In this document: in pieces, positions 38,130 through 53,194 of the stretch
How positions within the stretch are numbered: position 1 is the stretch's first letter
Layout: the number at the start of each line of letters is the position of its first letter
Assembly: GCF_006345805.1 (NCBI RefSeq)
Contig: NC_043018.1
Coordinates: forward strand, 7,068,001-7,132,000
Length of the DNA: 64,000 nt
Origin: Octopus sinensis
Lineage: Eukaryota
Direction: 5' to 3'
Position numbers and translations under genes: made by a program
Notes under the pieces: generated by a model
What the model saw: the letters and a program-made list of their open reading frames with translations, nothing else
What the model was told of the DNA's origin: nothing
Database searches by the model: none

Positions 38130-38360
38130 TCGTTCCTGAGCCATTGTTTCATAAGGCCAACTTCCTGGTTTCATGGCGTGTATATTCCCCACCTGGATGG
38201 GACACCAGTCCATCACAGGATTTCTCACTTTGCCAGCTGAGTGGACTGAAGCAATGAGAAATGAAGTGATTTGCTCAAGAGCGCAACACATCACCCAGTA
38301 CAGGAATCGAAACCACAATCTTATAATCACAAGCACCACACCATAACACCTTGCATCCTA
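38130..38360 (-). mobile_element. SINE with family-F head and alternative tail (F2)
   Basis: Same family as the tandem pair at 46385-46870. Confidence 0.7.
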
Positions 38361-38779
38361 CATATGTAAAAACACACACACATACATACATACACACATG
38401 TACATACCACAGATATACATAGATACATAAACACACACATACATATATAGACACATACATACGTACATGCATGTATTTCAACCCTGTCTCATTATGTATT
38501 CAGTATGATCAATCGTACTGTATAAATCACATTTATAATTTGTCATTATTCATCGATCTTGATTATCAGTCACAGAAACATTAAAAGAAGATATGAAATA
38601 ATAGAAATAACATCACCATGCTTCGCGCTTTTCTTTCACGTTAAACATGTTCTACATATTATGTAATAGCTCAACACATAATAATAATAATAATAATAAT
38701 AGTAGTAGTAATAACAACATAGTTTTGGTCTCTGAGGACAACCCCAACAGAATTAAATTTATGTCTAATAATTCTAAGA

Positions 38780-39135
38780 TTAAGAATTCTATATACCAAT
38801 GTAAAATTTCTTGCGGAAACCAATGTCTACTTCTACATTGGCGCATTCTCTTCCCAGTTATCTAAGAGAATTTCCAATCATTATTCTTCATTTAGGGATT
38901 GCAGTAAACGTTATAGCACAGGGCTAAGTAAATTGGTTTGGTATCTTAAAGACAACAATAAAGATTTTAAGTTAGACTGGTTCATCCTGTCTGTATCCTT
39001 TCCTTACAATAAGGGCAAGGGATTTTATAACATTTGCAACTCTGAACTCTTCCATATTCTCTTCTCTAAGAATCACCTTGTTAACACACTTATAGAGCGA
39101 TCTTACAAATGTAAGCACTGCAGAAACATACCTTC
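38780..39135 (+). mobile_element. Decayed GIY-YIG endonuclease region of a Penelope-like element
   Basis: SIYQCKISC..YIG..KRISNHYSSFR..STGLSKLVWYLKDNNKDFKLDW..NICNSE..YKCKH, with a frameshift. Confidence 0.75.
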
Positions 39136-39394
39136 AGCTCATATAAGTGATTTTTACCAGTCTTTATAGTTCGAACATTTAATTCACCTTGCACTTTACT
39201 TCAATAGAGAAATCTACTTCCAAGCCTTTGAACATTTTTTTAACCAATATATCCCACTTTATTTGTTCTCTACTTATCATTTCTTTACCCCTTCTCTTCC
39301 TAGTATCTGCCTTTGACGTTGGATCTACTAACGTTTTTTTTTTAAATAGTTAATAGCATTCTGTTTATCATTTATGCATTCTATTTATCATATA

Positions 39395-39425
<31 letters not shown>

Positions 39426-40084
39426 GTACATACATACACACACACATATCATCATCGTTTAGCATCTGCTTTCCATGCTGGCATGGGTTGGACGGTTTGA
39501 CTGAAAACTGGCAAGCCAGAAGGCTGCACCAGGCTCCAATCTGATCTGGCAAGTTTCTACAGCTGGATGCCCTTCCTAATGCCAACTACTCCAAGAGTTT
39601 TCCAAATGGTGTAACTATTATTTAGTCATCGTACAATTATAATTTCAAAACAAAAGCAAAGATAACACTTATTTTTCACTCTTTTATTCTTTTACTTGTT
39701 TCAGTCATTTAACTGTGACCATGCTGGAGCACTGCCTTTAGTCGAACAAATCGACGCCAAGACTTATTTTTTGTAAGCCTAGTACTTATTCTATCGGTCT
39801 CTTTTGCTGAACTGCTAAGTTATGGGGATGTAAACACACCAGCAGTGGTTGCCAAGCGATGTTGGGGGAGGGGGACAAACACACATACATACACACATAT
39901 ATGTATATATACAACAGGCTTCTTTCAGTATCCATCTACCAAATCCACTCACAAGGCTTTGGTCAGCCCAAGGCTATAGTAGAAGACACTTACTTGCCCA
40001 AAGTGCCACGCAGTGAGACTGAACCTGGAATCATATGGTTGGTAAGCAAGCTATTTATCACACAGCCACTCCTTATATCATATC

Positions 40085-40507
40085 TTCAAAGTACTGTCCT
40101 TCAGAGTCAATGCACAACTGGATTCTTCTCAGACTCACCAACACAAGTCCTTATCATTGTCCAGGGCTACAAATTCTGCAATAATTCTTTCCCCTCAACT
40201 CAGGTATTGTCCAAACATCTTGTGAGTAGACACGTTCTTTCAGGATGCCCCACATTGAGTAGTCACAGTGACTCAGGCCCAGCGATTGTAGAGGCCATTC
40301 AATGGTTCCTCTTCTGCCGATCCACATCTCAAAAGTATCATCCAAGAAGTGGCATACATTCCTGCCATAATGAGATGGAACACCATTCTACATCCAGATG
40401 TCTTTGTATCAAACTGAGATATGGCAAAATCACACAGCATGTGTTTGTTATCATTTGTCTTTATTATTATTAGAAATGAGTAAAGCAACTTATGGCCATC
40501 CCTGTGT
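40085..40507 (-). mobile_element. Tc1/mariner-superfamily relic (transposase C-terminus plus one TIR)
   Basis: WIGRRGTIEWPLQSLGLSHCDYSMWGILKERVY is a decayed WPPRSPDLTP.DF.LWG.LK..VY. A TIR-like cagggatggccataag lies at ~40505. Confidence 0.8.
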
Positions 40508-40594
40508 GTATATGTATACACACACACACACAGTGTGTGTATTGTTCCATGATGTAAGATCACCAAAAAAAGTATTTCACCTGGTGAAAGATAA

Positions 40595-40825
40595 ATATTA
40601 TTTAATAAACACAATATCAATATGTTTCTATGTGCTACTATTTGTTTCATTTGCTTAGAACAGGTCAAACATTGTTTTATAACTTGTTATAATTTTTTAT
40701 GCTATGTGGGCAGTATTTGATGTTTGTGCTAGGAGACTAGGCATGTTACAAAACAATGTTTGACCTGTTCTCAGCACAGGAATCTAATAGTAGCACATAA
40801 AAACATGTACTGTGTTTATTAAATA

Positions 40826-40829
<4 letters not shown>
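40595..40829. mobile_element. MITE with ~85-bp imperfect TIRs
   Basis: 40595-40683 is inverted relative to 40745-40829. Confidence 0.75.
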
Positions 40830-40906
<77 letters not shown>

Positions 40907-40918
40907 TATGTATATGTG

Positions 40919-40951
<33 letters not shown>

Positions 40952-40953
<2 letters not shown>

Positions 40954-41255
40954 GGGCGCAATGGCCCAGTGGTTAGGGCAGCGGACTAGTGGTCGTAGGA
41001 TCGCGGTTTCGATTCCCAGACCGGGCATTGTGAGTGTTTATTGAGCGAAAACACCTAAAGCTCCACGAGGCTCCGGCAGGGGGTGTTAATCCCTGCTGTA
41101 CTCTTTCACAACTCTTTCTTCTGTTGGCCTGCTCATTTAGCCAGCGGGATGGCATCATTCGAAGGCTAAAACAATGCTAACGCATTGTGACCACTGATGT
41201 GTAACAACATCTGATGGTCTGGTCGGTCACGTGATAACGTGATATATATATATAT
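40952..41255 (+). mobile_element. SINE family D variant, full length
   Basis: tRNA-like A/B boxes; matches the head at 8626. Confidence 0.85.
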
Positions 41256-41925
41256 ATAAAACACTCTCTCACATACACACATGCATGCACACACACACAT
41301 ACAATAAAGAAGATAAGGAAATACTAACATATTTAATGTAGCCATCAAAGGCAAACGTTGTGAACCAAGAAAATTTAAATTAATAAAAATTACATCCATA
41401 ATGTGAATGAAAAAACGAAAAAATTATTTAATGTGATCAAAAGAAGAAAGACAGCAGGGGAGACAACTACAGAATTTAAATTCATGCAAAAAAAAAATAA
41501 AATGTATCACAATGCAGTGCAGGAAGTGTGCTTGATCTGTGGTAATGTGCTGACAATTCCGGATTCATCTCATTAGAGATCTTCAGTAAAACATAACTGA
41601 ACCATTACTGCCGGATCTATAAAACTCTCCAACCTTCAGCCTTCATATCTATTAGCCTGTCTCTCCGTTTACCTACTTACCTATCTATCAATTTTCACAG
41701 TGTCTTATCTATCACTTATCTATAAATTATCTGTGTTGCCAGATTATTTCTGAAGTATATACAAAAATTTGATACTTAATGACTATATTTTCATCAGATT
41801 TATTTGTCTATATAATACATTAGAATTTTAATCCCCACCTTCATTCCTTGTCATCAATCTCAACACGCTTTAGATTACACAATCTACGCAGATACATGAA
41901 GTTGTTGAATAATATAAAATATAGT

Positions 41926-41963
<38 letters not shown>

Positions 41964-42076
41964 TGAGATTTCTGTTTTTTTCTCAATGATTGATGTGCTC
42001 TTAAAGTGAAATGTTATAGTAATTTTCTCACATCATTTATCATTTCAGATAATATATATATATAAGTAAGTATTTA

Positions 42077-42128
<52 letters not shown>

Positions 42129-44235
42129 CAAAGATTTATATATATTTAAATATATAAATATGCACACACATATGCATACATATATACATTCATATATATA
42201 TGTGTATATATATATAAACATAAAGATATATATACACATACATATACACACTCACACCTATGTGTGTGTATATATATATATATATATACACACACATATA
42301 TGTTCATACGTATGTATATCCATGAATACATGCATACATACATATCTTCATACATATATACATATGTGTAGGTGAACACATGAAAGAAAATGGCACTCAA
42401 CATATTTAGTTTAAGTTCTAAATATTTAAATACAGGTTCCTTGGTTCAATCCGCCATTCAGTTGAGACTATGTGCTATACAGCCAAATGCTTCTTGCCCC
42501 TAGTTAGCATTTCTGAATGGCACTTAGGTGTTATAAGCTCATTAATGTCCATAACATGAAAGTTAGCTACACATGTTTAGATAATATCACTTCCAGCATT
42601 GCACACTACTGTAGAAACAAAGAGACACCCACATAGTCTCTATGTCAAGTTTGAACCTGTCACTGCCGAAATCCCCATGGACTGCCCATTAGGAGGACCT
42701 TGATTCTCAAAGTCTGTGATCTACAGAACCACCCTCATACCATCTAGCAACATCATGAAACAATTTATAAGCTTGACAGCTGATCCTTTTTTAACACTTT
42801 TGTTACCGTATTGAGAGATACTTTCTGTTTCTTTCAATTATTTTATATATAACAAATAATTTAGTAAAATAACTTAGCTAGTGTTAGGTACATAAATTGT
42901 GACTAAGGTTTGGTGGAATATTTTAATTCAAAACTTATGGAAACAATACATTTGTACTACATAGCCAGAGCCAGTTTCTGCCGCTTTGGTAACAGAAAGG
43001 TTAAAAGATGTTCTTCAGATGCACGGAAACGGAAAACTCTATTCTTCCTCATGCTTAATTTGTAGGTGCCAGAATCAAAGAAAGGTCATATCTAACACCT
43101 TGGTACCAGCACTAGAGAGGTTGATAAGTCCTTGTCAAGACAGAACTAAAGAGACCTATTTCTTTATTACCCACGAGGGGCTAAACATAGAGGGGACAAA
43201 CAAGGACAGACATAGGTATTAGTCAGATGTATTGAGGTAGTATGCAGTTAAAAATGAGTTACTTATATATATATATCTCAAGTCCTCGTCAGAGATTATA
43301 AAGTACAATTATAACCCCTATCTCACTTTGTACTTATAATATATATATATATTGTGTGTGTGTGTGCACATGTCCTTAGCTTCATATCGCATAGTTGTTG
43401 TAAACAAGTGAGCAAATATCACTCTGTCACTAGAATTTTCATCCATTCGCAATTTTTGTTGATATCATGTCTATCCATTGTGTTATTTATGCTGGGTGTG
43501 TCTCACAACATATTAGAACGATTTGCCAGTAACAACATATTTCTCAAAATTCCTTATCTTTTTCCTTTGCTCAATTTGAAAAGGGGACACTTTCTCAAAA
43601 TATGCATTACATGTCTGTGTGTGACTGTATTGTAAGTAGACACAAATAAACCACCACAAGGCATATCTTAATTCCTCTAATTAAGACTTATATTCAAAAG
43701 AAGTGCTCTGCTACTATAATTACAAATTAGATGAGGGAAGTGTTCAGTGTGTATGCGAAATATTTAAGCAAAAAGAATGAATGCATGCGTTTATATTAGA
43801 AGACAGGTTCAAGTTCTAAGCAATCGAATGCCTACTCACTTTTTTAGCATATTTTGAAATATATGTGTGTGTGTGTGTATTTTGAATGTGGACGTAGGTG
43901 TGTTTGCAGGTGTGTTTGCAGGTGTGTTCCTATATAATATAGTGTAAATCATCATCATCATCCTTTAAAGTCTGTTAGATGGTTTGACAGGAGCTAACAA
44001 ACCCAGGATGTGTATATGTATATACACACGTGCATATATATTTGAATATTGTGTGTATATAAAATACAAATATATATATATATATATATATGACAATTAC
44101 TCGCCAAGGAGGAAATCCACAACACCATTTCTTGCCTATCAAATAATTGTCACATATTATTTTACAGATAAATTTCCTCTATTTACATAATATTGAGTTC
44201 TCTTTCTTTCTTTTGTTATCTTACTGTTTTTACCA

Positions 44236-44273
<38 letters not shown>

Positions 44274-44957
44274 GTACACACACACACACATATATATGTA
44301 CACACACACATATATATATTTCTATGTATATATATGTATTTCTTACATGTTTTTTTTACTTGTTTTAGTCATTTAACAGTGGCCATGCTGGAGCATCGCC
44401 TTTAGTTGAACAAATCGTCCCTAGGACTTATTCATTGTTAGCTTAGTACTTATTCTATCAGTCTCTTTTGCCGAGCCACTAGGTTACAGGGACGTACACA
44501 TGCCAACATTGGTTGTCAAGCGATGGTGCAGGGACAAACACACATAAACACATACAAGCACACACACACATATATATCATTCATATTCCTTTCTACTATA
44601 GGCACAAGGCCTGAAATTTTGGGGGAGAGGAATAGTTGATTACATCAGCCCCGTTGCTCAACTGGCACTCATTCCATTGACCCTGAAGAGATGAAAAGCA
44701 CAGTCAACCTTAACCAAACTTGAACTCAGAACATAAAAGACAAACAAAATGGCACTAAGCATTTTACCTGGAATGGTAACAATTCTGCTGGCACAAATCA
44801 TTGGAATTAACATTAATTTTATATGAGTAGATAATAATTTGCATATATTCAGAGAGGGTGTGTGTGTGTATTATATATTGGCATATATCCTAGAGTATAC
44901 ATATTTCCATTTTTGTGCACCTTTATGTACATACATACATATATATACATATATATA

Positions 44958-44997
<40 letters not shown>

Positions 44998-45075
44998 ACA
45001 CACACATACATATTATATACATATACATATTTGTATATATGTACATATGTATGTTTATATATATGTATAAATATG

Positions 45076-45114
<39 letters not shown>

Positions 45115-45699
45115 TACACATTATATATATACATATATGTATATATGTGCATATGTATGTTTATATATATATATATTATATATTTTTATATATTTATATA
45201 GTGTATTATATATATATATATACACACACACACATACATATGGCAAATGAAAGATGGAATATACATACATATATATGTAAGTATATATGTGTGTATGTAT
45301 ATGTGTGTGTATGTATGTATATGTCTATTTAATTGCATAACTTAGTGTATATGAATTAGATATGCGGACATATTTCTTATGTGTTCATTCTGCATATTTT
45401 CACTTATATTTTATTCAAATCCCCCCCCCAGCCTTGCCCTACCCCCTACCCCCCATATTTTTGCCTGACATGCAGTTTTTGAAATTTATGAATTATTTGG
45501 TGACTCTCTAATAATTTCTGATTTAACATTCCGGAAAATATTGCAAATTGTACTTTGTGTAAAGAATGAATTCATGATTTTTAAGTTATTTTGATAAGTG
45601 CCTGGCACGAAACATTCAGATATTCAGTGACTTATGTGTAGGTTTTTTACAGTCAGTTAAAGAATATGTACACGCACACACACACACACAAACACATGT

Positions 45700-46165
45700 A
45701 TCATTATCATCATCATCATCAGCAACATCGACATCATCATTGTCAATATCACCATCGTCATTATAATCATCATCATAATCATCATCACTATCATCATCAT
45801 CATTGTTATTATCATCATCATCATCGTTGTCGTCATTGTGGTTGTCATTGTTGTCATCATCCTCATCATCATAATTATCATCATCACTGCCATCATCTTC
45901 ATCATCCTCATTGCCAGCATTATCATCATCATCGACGTCATCATTGTCACTGTCATCATCATCATGATCACCGTCATCGTCATCATCATTGTCATCATCA
46001 TCATCTCCACCATCATCATCATCATTATGGTTGTCACAGTCGTCATCATCTTCATCATCACAATCTTCATCACCACTGCCATCATCTTTATCATCATCAT
46101 CATCATTGACATCAACATTATCATTGTCACTGTCATTATCATCATCATCCTCATCATCATCATTA
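45700..46165. repeat. (CAT)n-type trinucleotide microsatellite
   Basis: Direct reading; source of the His/Met/Ile-rich ORFs. Confidence 0.95.
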
Positions 46166-46384
46166 TTGCTTCACTGTCCATTTTTCTGTGCTTGCATCAG
46201 TAAAATGAGAGATTTTTGGAGCAGTATTTCTCCAACCAGAATCACTGCTTCTTGCTCACAACTATACCATTGGCTTTGCTGTTCTCACTATAAACCCAAA
46301 CCATTGCCAGGACACACAGACAGTTGACCACAGTATTTTCATTCATTTTACATCTGGGTTTTTACGTGTGCATAAAAGGCAATG

Positions 46385-46870
46385 TTACCTTCTCGAGTCG
46401 TACTAACTTACAAGGGCCAGTTTCCCAAGTTTCATGGAGTATATATTCCCCACCTGGATGGGATGCCAGTCGATCATTGGATTACTCATTTTTTCCAGCT
46501 GGAGCAACATCAAATGAAGTATTTTGCTCAAGAACACAATGCGTCACCCAGTCCAGGAATTGAAACCATAATCTTACGATCATCAGTCCAACGCCATAAC
46601 CACTAAGCCACGTCCCTCCACAAGTTAGCAAAGTTACCTCCTCGAGTCATACTGATTCATAAGGGCCAGTTTCCCGGTTTCGTGGCGTGTATATTCCCCA
46701 CCTGGACAGGACACCAATCCATTGCAGGGTTACTCCTTTTTGTCAGCTGAGTGGACTGGTGCAGCATGAAATGAGGTGTTTTGCTCAAGGTGTTTTGCGT
46801 TGCCTGGCGCAGTAATTGAAAGCACAATCTTACGATCACGAGTCCAACACCCTAACCACTAAACCTCATG
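46385..46870 (-). mobile_element. Two head-to-tail F2 SINE copies
   Basis: Duplicated gttacct.ctcgagtc.tact...catggcgtgtatattccccacctgga blocks. Confidence 0.8.
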
Positions 46871-47174
46871 TCCTCACATAGAATACACTTGCCCAGGATG
46901 CTGTGGGATGAGATTGAACTAGAAACCATATTTTCAGGAAGCCAATCAAAATGGAATAACATGTGCTATATGCAAGAAGGTTTGTAAATTCTGGTCATGT
47001 TTATCATGTCTTTTTAGATACAAAAGACTATATTGTACAAAATACCCTTCATTGATATTTTGGAGTGTGTTCTGAGGGAGCTCTGATGACAACTATTTTA
47101 TGCAGCTTGCTTACCAATCACATGGTTCCGGGTTCAGTCCCACTGTGTGACACCTTGGGCAAGTGTCTTCTATG

Positions 47175-47380
47175 CCGTTCAAGAATTTAGACCTGGAGAT
47201 CTCCATTTCCAGTGACTTTGAGGGCCACCCACCCCACTGGTGTCGGGCGTCAATGAAGAGCCCTCGACTACAACAAGACGACCAAAGTTTTTCTTTCTTC
47301 CAAGGTCTGGGGTCTCCCGCTCCTAAACCTTAGACAATCACCTAATCACCCTTAACCGTCTTGTTGCTTAACAACAAAAA
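47175..47380 (+). mobile_element. ~205-bp (CAA)n-tailed element inserted in SINE A with a 13-bp TSD
   Basis: TSD caagtgtcttcta at 47160-47172 and 47381-47393. Confidence 0.85.
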
Positions 47381-49049
47381 CAAGTGTCTTCTACTATAGT
47401 CTCGGGCCAACTAAAGCCTTGTGAGTGGATTTGGTAGATGGAAACTGAAAGAAGCCCATTGTATATATATACATACATACATTTGTGTGTGTGTGTATGT
47501 ATGTGTCTCTGTTAGTCCCCCCAACATCGTTTGTCAACCGATGCTGGTGTGTTTACATCTCCATAGCTTAGTGGTTTGGCAAAGCAGCCCAATAGAATAA
47601 GTACCAGGCTTACAAAGCATGCATCCTGGGGTCGATTTCTTCGACTAAAGATGGTGCTCCAGCATGGCCACAGTCAAATGACTGAAACAAATAAAAGAGT
47701 AAAAGAGTCAAACAAAGATCAAAAATGTAGAAGCTCCTTCACTGAACATCAAGGACCTGCTGACAAACATTGATGTTTTATAAGGGGCGTAAAAAAAATT
47801 TTAGACTACAAAAGAGCAGACAACCAACACCCCCACCTCTCTCTCTCTCTCTGTCTCTCGCTTTTTGCTGCATTGAAAATGGTGGTTAGTGCAAGGTATG
47901 ATTTACTTAGGAGGGACAGACTGATAAGATGGTGAGTATTATGTTCTGACAGTGTTTCAGTTACATATATAGATATACTTAGATAAGCTTCGTTATAATA
48001 AGGAAGAATATCATACAACAAAGAATCATTTTAATGATATGGAAAATTCATAAAAAAGAGGAATGGTCCAAAAACAAAAAAAAACACAGAATGAAAACAT
48101 TTCCTGCCAGAATATTTCACCAAATCAAAATAATTCCTTGAAATATTGCTTTTGAGTAAGAGAGAGAGAGACAGAGAGAGAGAGACAGAGAGAGACAGAG
48201 AAAAAGAGAGAGAAATAGTTTCAGAGAAAAAGAGGGAGAGAAACAGAGAGCATTGGAAGAATAATGAGTGACAGAAAGTTTTAAAAAAGTCAAATAGAGG
48301 AAGAATACAAGAAATCTTGAGAAATTGAAATAGTTCTTGGAACCAGAAGGCAAGATATTAGAAAATGTTTGTGTTAATATGATAATATTTCTTCAAAACA
48401 AGACACCATCTGGGATTTTTCTCACCATTATTTTATTATTTATTTTTTCATTATTGGCACCAAATTCTAACCACTTTCGTTGTTATGTCATTAATTTTAT
48501 CTTGTTATTTTGGCTTCTTGTTTTTGTTTGTTCTTAAATCTTCATTTTTCTGCTTTTGGCATCATTCTCACTCAAAACGGTATTCCAAGAAATTGTATCA
48601 TTTGTCTTCCATTTTAAATTCCATTCACATCTTTAATATCATATGCAGGAATATTCTTTTCTACTCTAGGCACAAGGCCTGGAATTTGTGGGGAGCAGGA
48701 CCAGTCGATTAGATCAACTCCAGTTCACAATTGGTACTTAATTTATCGACCCCGAAAGGATGAAAGGCAAAGTCAACTTTGATGGAATTTGCACTCAGAA
48801 TGTAAAGACAAATGAAATACCTATTTCTTTACTACCCACAAGGGGCTAAACACAGAGAGAACAAGTTGTTTATAGAAGACTAGTAGTTGCCCACACATAC
48901 CAGCATCTCCACACCACTGATGTTATCCAAGGGAAAGGCAAAGGCCAATACTGCTTGGCACCAGTGATGTTACAACTCATTTCTACAACTGAGTGAACTG
49001 GAGAACATGAAATAAAGTGTCTTGCCCAAGAACACAACACACAGTTTGA

Positions 49050-49253
49050 CCGTTCAAGAATTTGGACCTGGAGATCTCCATTTCCAGTGACTTCGAGGGC
49101 CACCTCCCAGTGATGTCGGGCGTCAATGAAGAGCCCTTAACTACAAGACGACCAAAGTTTTTTTTCTCCCCAAGGTCTGGGGTCTCCCGCCCCTAAGCCC
49201 TAGACCATCACCTTATCACCCTTACCTGTCTTGTTGCTTAACAACAACAACAA
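49050..49253 (+). mobile_element. Second copy of the same element, inserted in a reversed SINE F
   Basis: Same first bases ccgttcaagaattt and a (CAA)n tail. Imperfect TSD acacagtt/acactgtt. Confidence 0.8.
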
Positions 49254-49769
49254 AACACTGTTCGGTCTAGGAATCAAACTCACTACCTTATAACTGTGAG
49301 CTTGATGCCCTAACCACTGAGCCATGTGCCTACACACACAGCAATATATACATACAGATAGATAGATAGATGGAGAGAGGATATAGAGAGGGAGGGAGAT
49401 GGAGAGATAGAGAGACAGAGATATTACAAGTTACTAATTGGACACGACTGACATAAACATAGTGAGAGAGGGGTAGAGAAAGAGAGACAAACAGACAGAA
49501 TACATAGAAACATAACTAGATGCTCATACACATAAACAGAGAGAGAAGAATTACAATTTATTAGTTGAACACGAGTAAAATAAATACTTTCTCTCTCTTC
49601 AGACACATAGAGAGTGGGAGACAGAGACAGAGAGGTAGTGAGAGGGAGAGGAAGAGAGAATGAGAGAAATTTTAGAACAACTGATATCAAATTAGTTAGC
49701 ATTAAGCCAGTGGTGCCAGATAGGTAATGCCAAAAAGTCTGTGCCAGAAGGTCTCTTAACTGAGATAGA

Positions 49770-50145
49770 TAGATAGATGGATAGATAGACAGAGAGACAG
49801 ATAGATAGGCAAATAGATAGATAGATAGATAGATAGACAAACAAATAGATAGGTAGATAGAGAGAGAGAGAGAGAAAGAGACAGATAGATAGACAAATAG
49901 ATAGTTAGATAGATAGATAGAGATAGACAGATAGATACACAGATAGATAGATAGATAGATAGACAAATAGATAGGTAGATAGATAGATACATAGAGAGAG
50001 AGAGAGATAGACATTGATACACAGATAGATAGATAGATAGACAGATGAACAGACAGACTAACAGACAGATAGACAGAAACAGGCAGACTGAATGACAGAC
50101 TGATAGATAGATAGATAGACGGATAGATAGAATGATAGACAGGTA
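49770..50145. repeat. (GATA/GACA)n microsatellite
   Basis: Direct reading of the sequence. Confidence 0.95.
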
Positions 50146-50536
50146 GAATCAACTCCAGTACAAGACTAACATTTTATTCCTCAACTTCTGAAGGACGAAA
50201 AGCAAGGCTCACCTCCCTAGGATTTCAACTCAGAACACAGAGAACTAAAACATACTCCAGAAGGCCTTGTATCGAACAAACTAATAATTTTGCTGATCCA
50301 CCGCATCGTAGGAGATTTATCTTAATGCAATCAGGAGCTTTCTGGTTTTCCTTTCTGTGTTCTTCAATTCCCTTAACTTCCAATACATTTTATTAAAGTT
50401 GTGGTTTATGATTCAGATCTCTGGTGTATTTATCCCTGTAATCTTGTTTCCGGCATTGAGTTTAACAAACATACTCTTATAGAATATCATATTTTTATCT
50501 TTCATTTCTGTCTCTTATCAACTCCTAAGTATATAC

Positions 50537-50583
<47 letters not shown>

Positions 50584-50822
50584 CTTAGTTTCATCTACTC
50601 CTAAGCAAACACATACATACATTGATATTTATATTCATATACATATAATATTTATATCTATCTATAGACATAATATATATAGTTTTATTCTATGTATATA
50701 CATACATATATATATATATATACACATACATATATATAATGTATATATATGTCATATATATAAAGATATATGTGTGTGTGTATGTATATATATATATGTC
50801 ATATATATATAAAGATATATAC

Positions 50823-50861
<39 letters not shown>

Positions 50862-52235
50862 ATATATATATATATAAAGATATATACGTGTGTGTATATA
50901 TAATATATATATACACATACATACATATAATGTATATATTATATATGTCATATATATAAAGATATATACATGTGTGTGTGTGGGTGTATATATATATATA
51001 TATATATATATATGCAATATACATCTGTTCTGTATATATGTATGGTTTTCTTTTAAGTAAATATATTTTAACATTTTTAAAATTCTAATTAATTTTTTAA
51101 TATTTTTTTTTTGTTGTTTTTACCTTTACTTTAACATATTTCTCTAATCCTGCTTAATCCACGCGCAGTTTTGAGTAGGTCCTCCAGTATAGTTTTGTCT
51201 TTTGCATATAGTTTTAAATCCTTCACATGGAAAAAAAAAAGAAATAATAATAATAATAAAACAAAAGCAAAAAAAAAACTTCCATAGTTTCTTCATAGCA
51301 TTTGTAATGCATGCATTGCAATTTGTTAATGGACTCTGAGCTAAACTGAAGAGTAAGGGGGACCAGTACTCTCCCGGTATAACTCCTTCCCCCATGGGGA
51401 TAGTGCTGGTTTTGTTATCTCTTATTTACCTTGTCATGATATAGTTGTTTACAGTTACAACATGATGCACTTGTTCTGTGATTTCTTGCTGAGTGACCTG
51501 CATAAACGATTTGCTTATCGTGATCAAATGCACGTTTTGTACATTAGCTCAATCATTCCATGAAATCAGCATTACCTGTGCAAGCGCACACTGCAACATG
51601 CATCAGGTATTAAAGTGTTCACAGAGTAACGCGAAATAAAGCACCAGGAATCAAAACTAAACTTTGTGATTGTGAGCACAAAACTTAAACCAATAATATA
51701 TAAATTACTTACATGCTTTTAAGTTATGAAACAATTTGTCATATTAGAATTTTCTTCTCGTTAAATAAAATTTCTTTGAACTATTTCTGTCATTTATGAC
51801 TTCATATATATATGTGTGGGGGGGGGCACGTAAAAAGCACCCACTACACTCACGGAGTGGTTGGCGTTAGGAAGGGCATCCAGCCGTAGAAACATTGCCA
51901 GATCAGACTGGGCCAGGTGCAGCCTCCTGGCTTCCCAGACCCCAGTTGAACCGTCCAACCCATGCCAGCCTGGAAAGCGGACGCTAAATGATAATGATGA
52001 TGATATATATATAAATGCAAGGGTAAAATTTATTCAAAATAATAATTTATACCAGTGGTCAGTGGGCGTAAAAAAATGTGCCATAAATAAGAATGTTTTT
52101 TTGTGGCTTGAGATCTGACTGCCCTTTTCAGCATGTAAAAGTCAACATTGTGGTCTTCTCTTCATGTATAAATTTTTATACATTGGAAGGTTTGTGATAC
52201 CTCTGGAGTATCTTCTTCTCGCATTATAATTATTT

Positions 52236-52655
52236 TTGTAGTTTCAAGGATCTGGAACACGAAGAAGAAGGACACAAGCGGAGTACAATTCAATAGCCGT
52301 TTATTTACAGAGGTCTCGTCCATGTGGTCCGCCCTCAGTGACCATCTTCATAGCAGTGAGTGGTTTGTCTTAACTCTGTACACGTGAAGTTCATTACCTC
52401 AGGAGATAAGCATGTGGAGGCAGAGCGGGACAAGTGTCTGCTGTGAGCTGCTGGCTTCGCAGTGTTTCTTGCTGTTGAGTGTGAGAAGAGTGAGACAGAG
52501 AATATTGTTGTTCTCTTGCCTAAATACTGGTTGCCAGCGAGAGTCTTGTCGTCGTCTCGCACATGGCAAATGGTTGCAGGCGAGATCTCGTTCTTGTCTT
52601 GCACATGGCAATGGCTACCAGTGAGATCTCATTCAAAATGGCACTGGCTTCTTAT
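52236..52655 (-). mobile_element. Possible solo LTR
   Basis: Relatively GC-rich unique block starting TGTAG, with a minus-strand AATAAA (tttatt ~52287) and an internal 35-bp duplication. The other end is lost in a (TA)n tract. Confidence 0.4.
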
Positions 52656-52664
52656 ATATATTTA

Positions 52665-52700
<36 letters not shown>

Positions 52701-53147
52701 ATATATATATATATATATATGTATATATGGTGATTTTTTTTCCTCTGTCTTCCCTTCTCTGGATCTTTCCTTCTATGTTTCCGACAAAGAGCTCCGCTCA
52801 AAACGTTAAACCCTCCTTCTTTCCTAAGCGTCCACTAATACTATATTTGTTCCACGTCCTCATGTTGTGTTTTTTTGTGCTTTCATGTTTGGATTAACTA
52901 TATATATATATTTTTTTATCTTATATTAAACTTTTTAATACTTTTTGATAGTTATATATATTTAATTTTAAAAATATATATATAAAAATTTTTAAATATA
53001 AATTAATAATTTTATTTTAAATTTAAATAATTTAAATTTTTTAATTTTATATTTTATATATTTTGTATATTATATTTTTATTTTTATGTTTTGGTTTATG
53101 TTTTTCAGTTTGATTTCCTTAATAGTGGTTTTATCTCTAATTTAATT

Positions 53148-53183
<36 letters not shown>

Positions 53184-53194
53184 ATATATATATA

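Noticed and set aside
40952-41030. tRNA gene (also the heads at 8626, 6622 and 1576)
   Set aside because: The A/B boxes are followed by SINE bodies and there is no complete cloverleaf, so these are tRNA-derived SINE heads.
45657-46327. His-rich or Met-rich metal-binding protein
   Set aside because: A (CAT)n microsatellite open in several frames on both strands.
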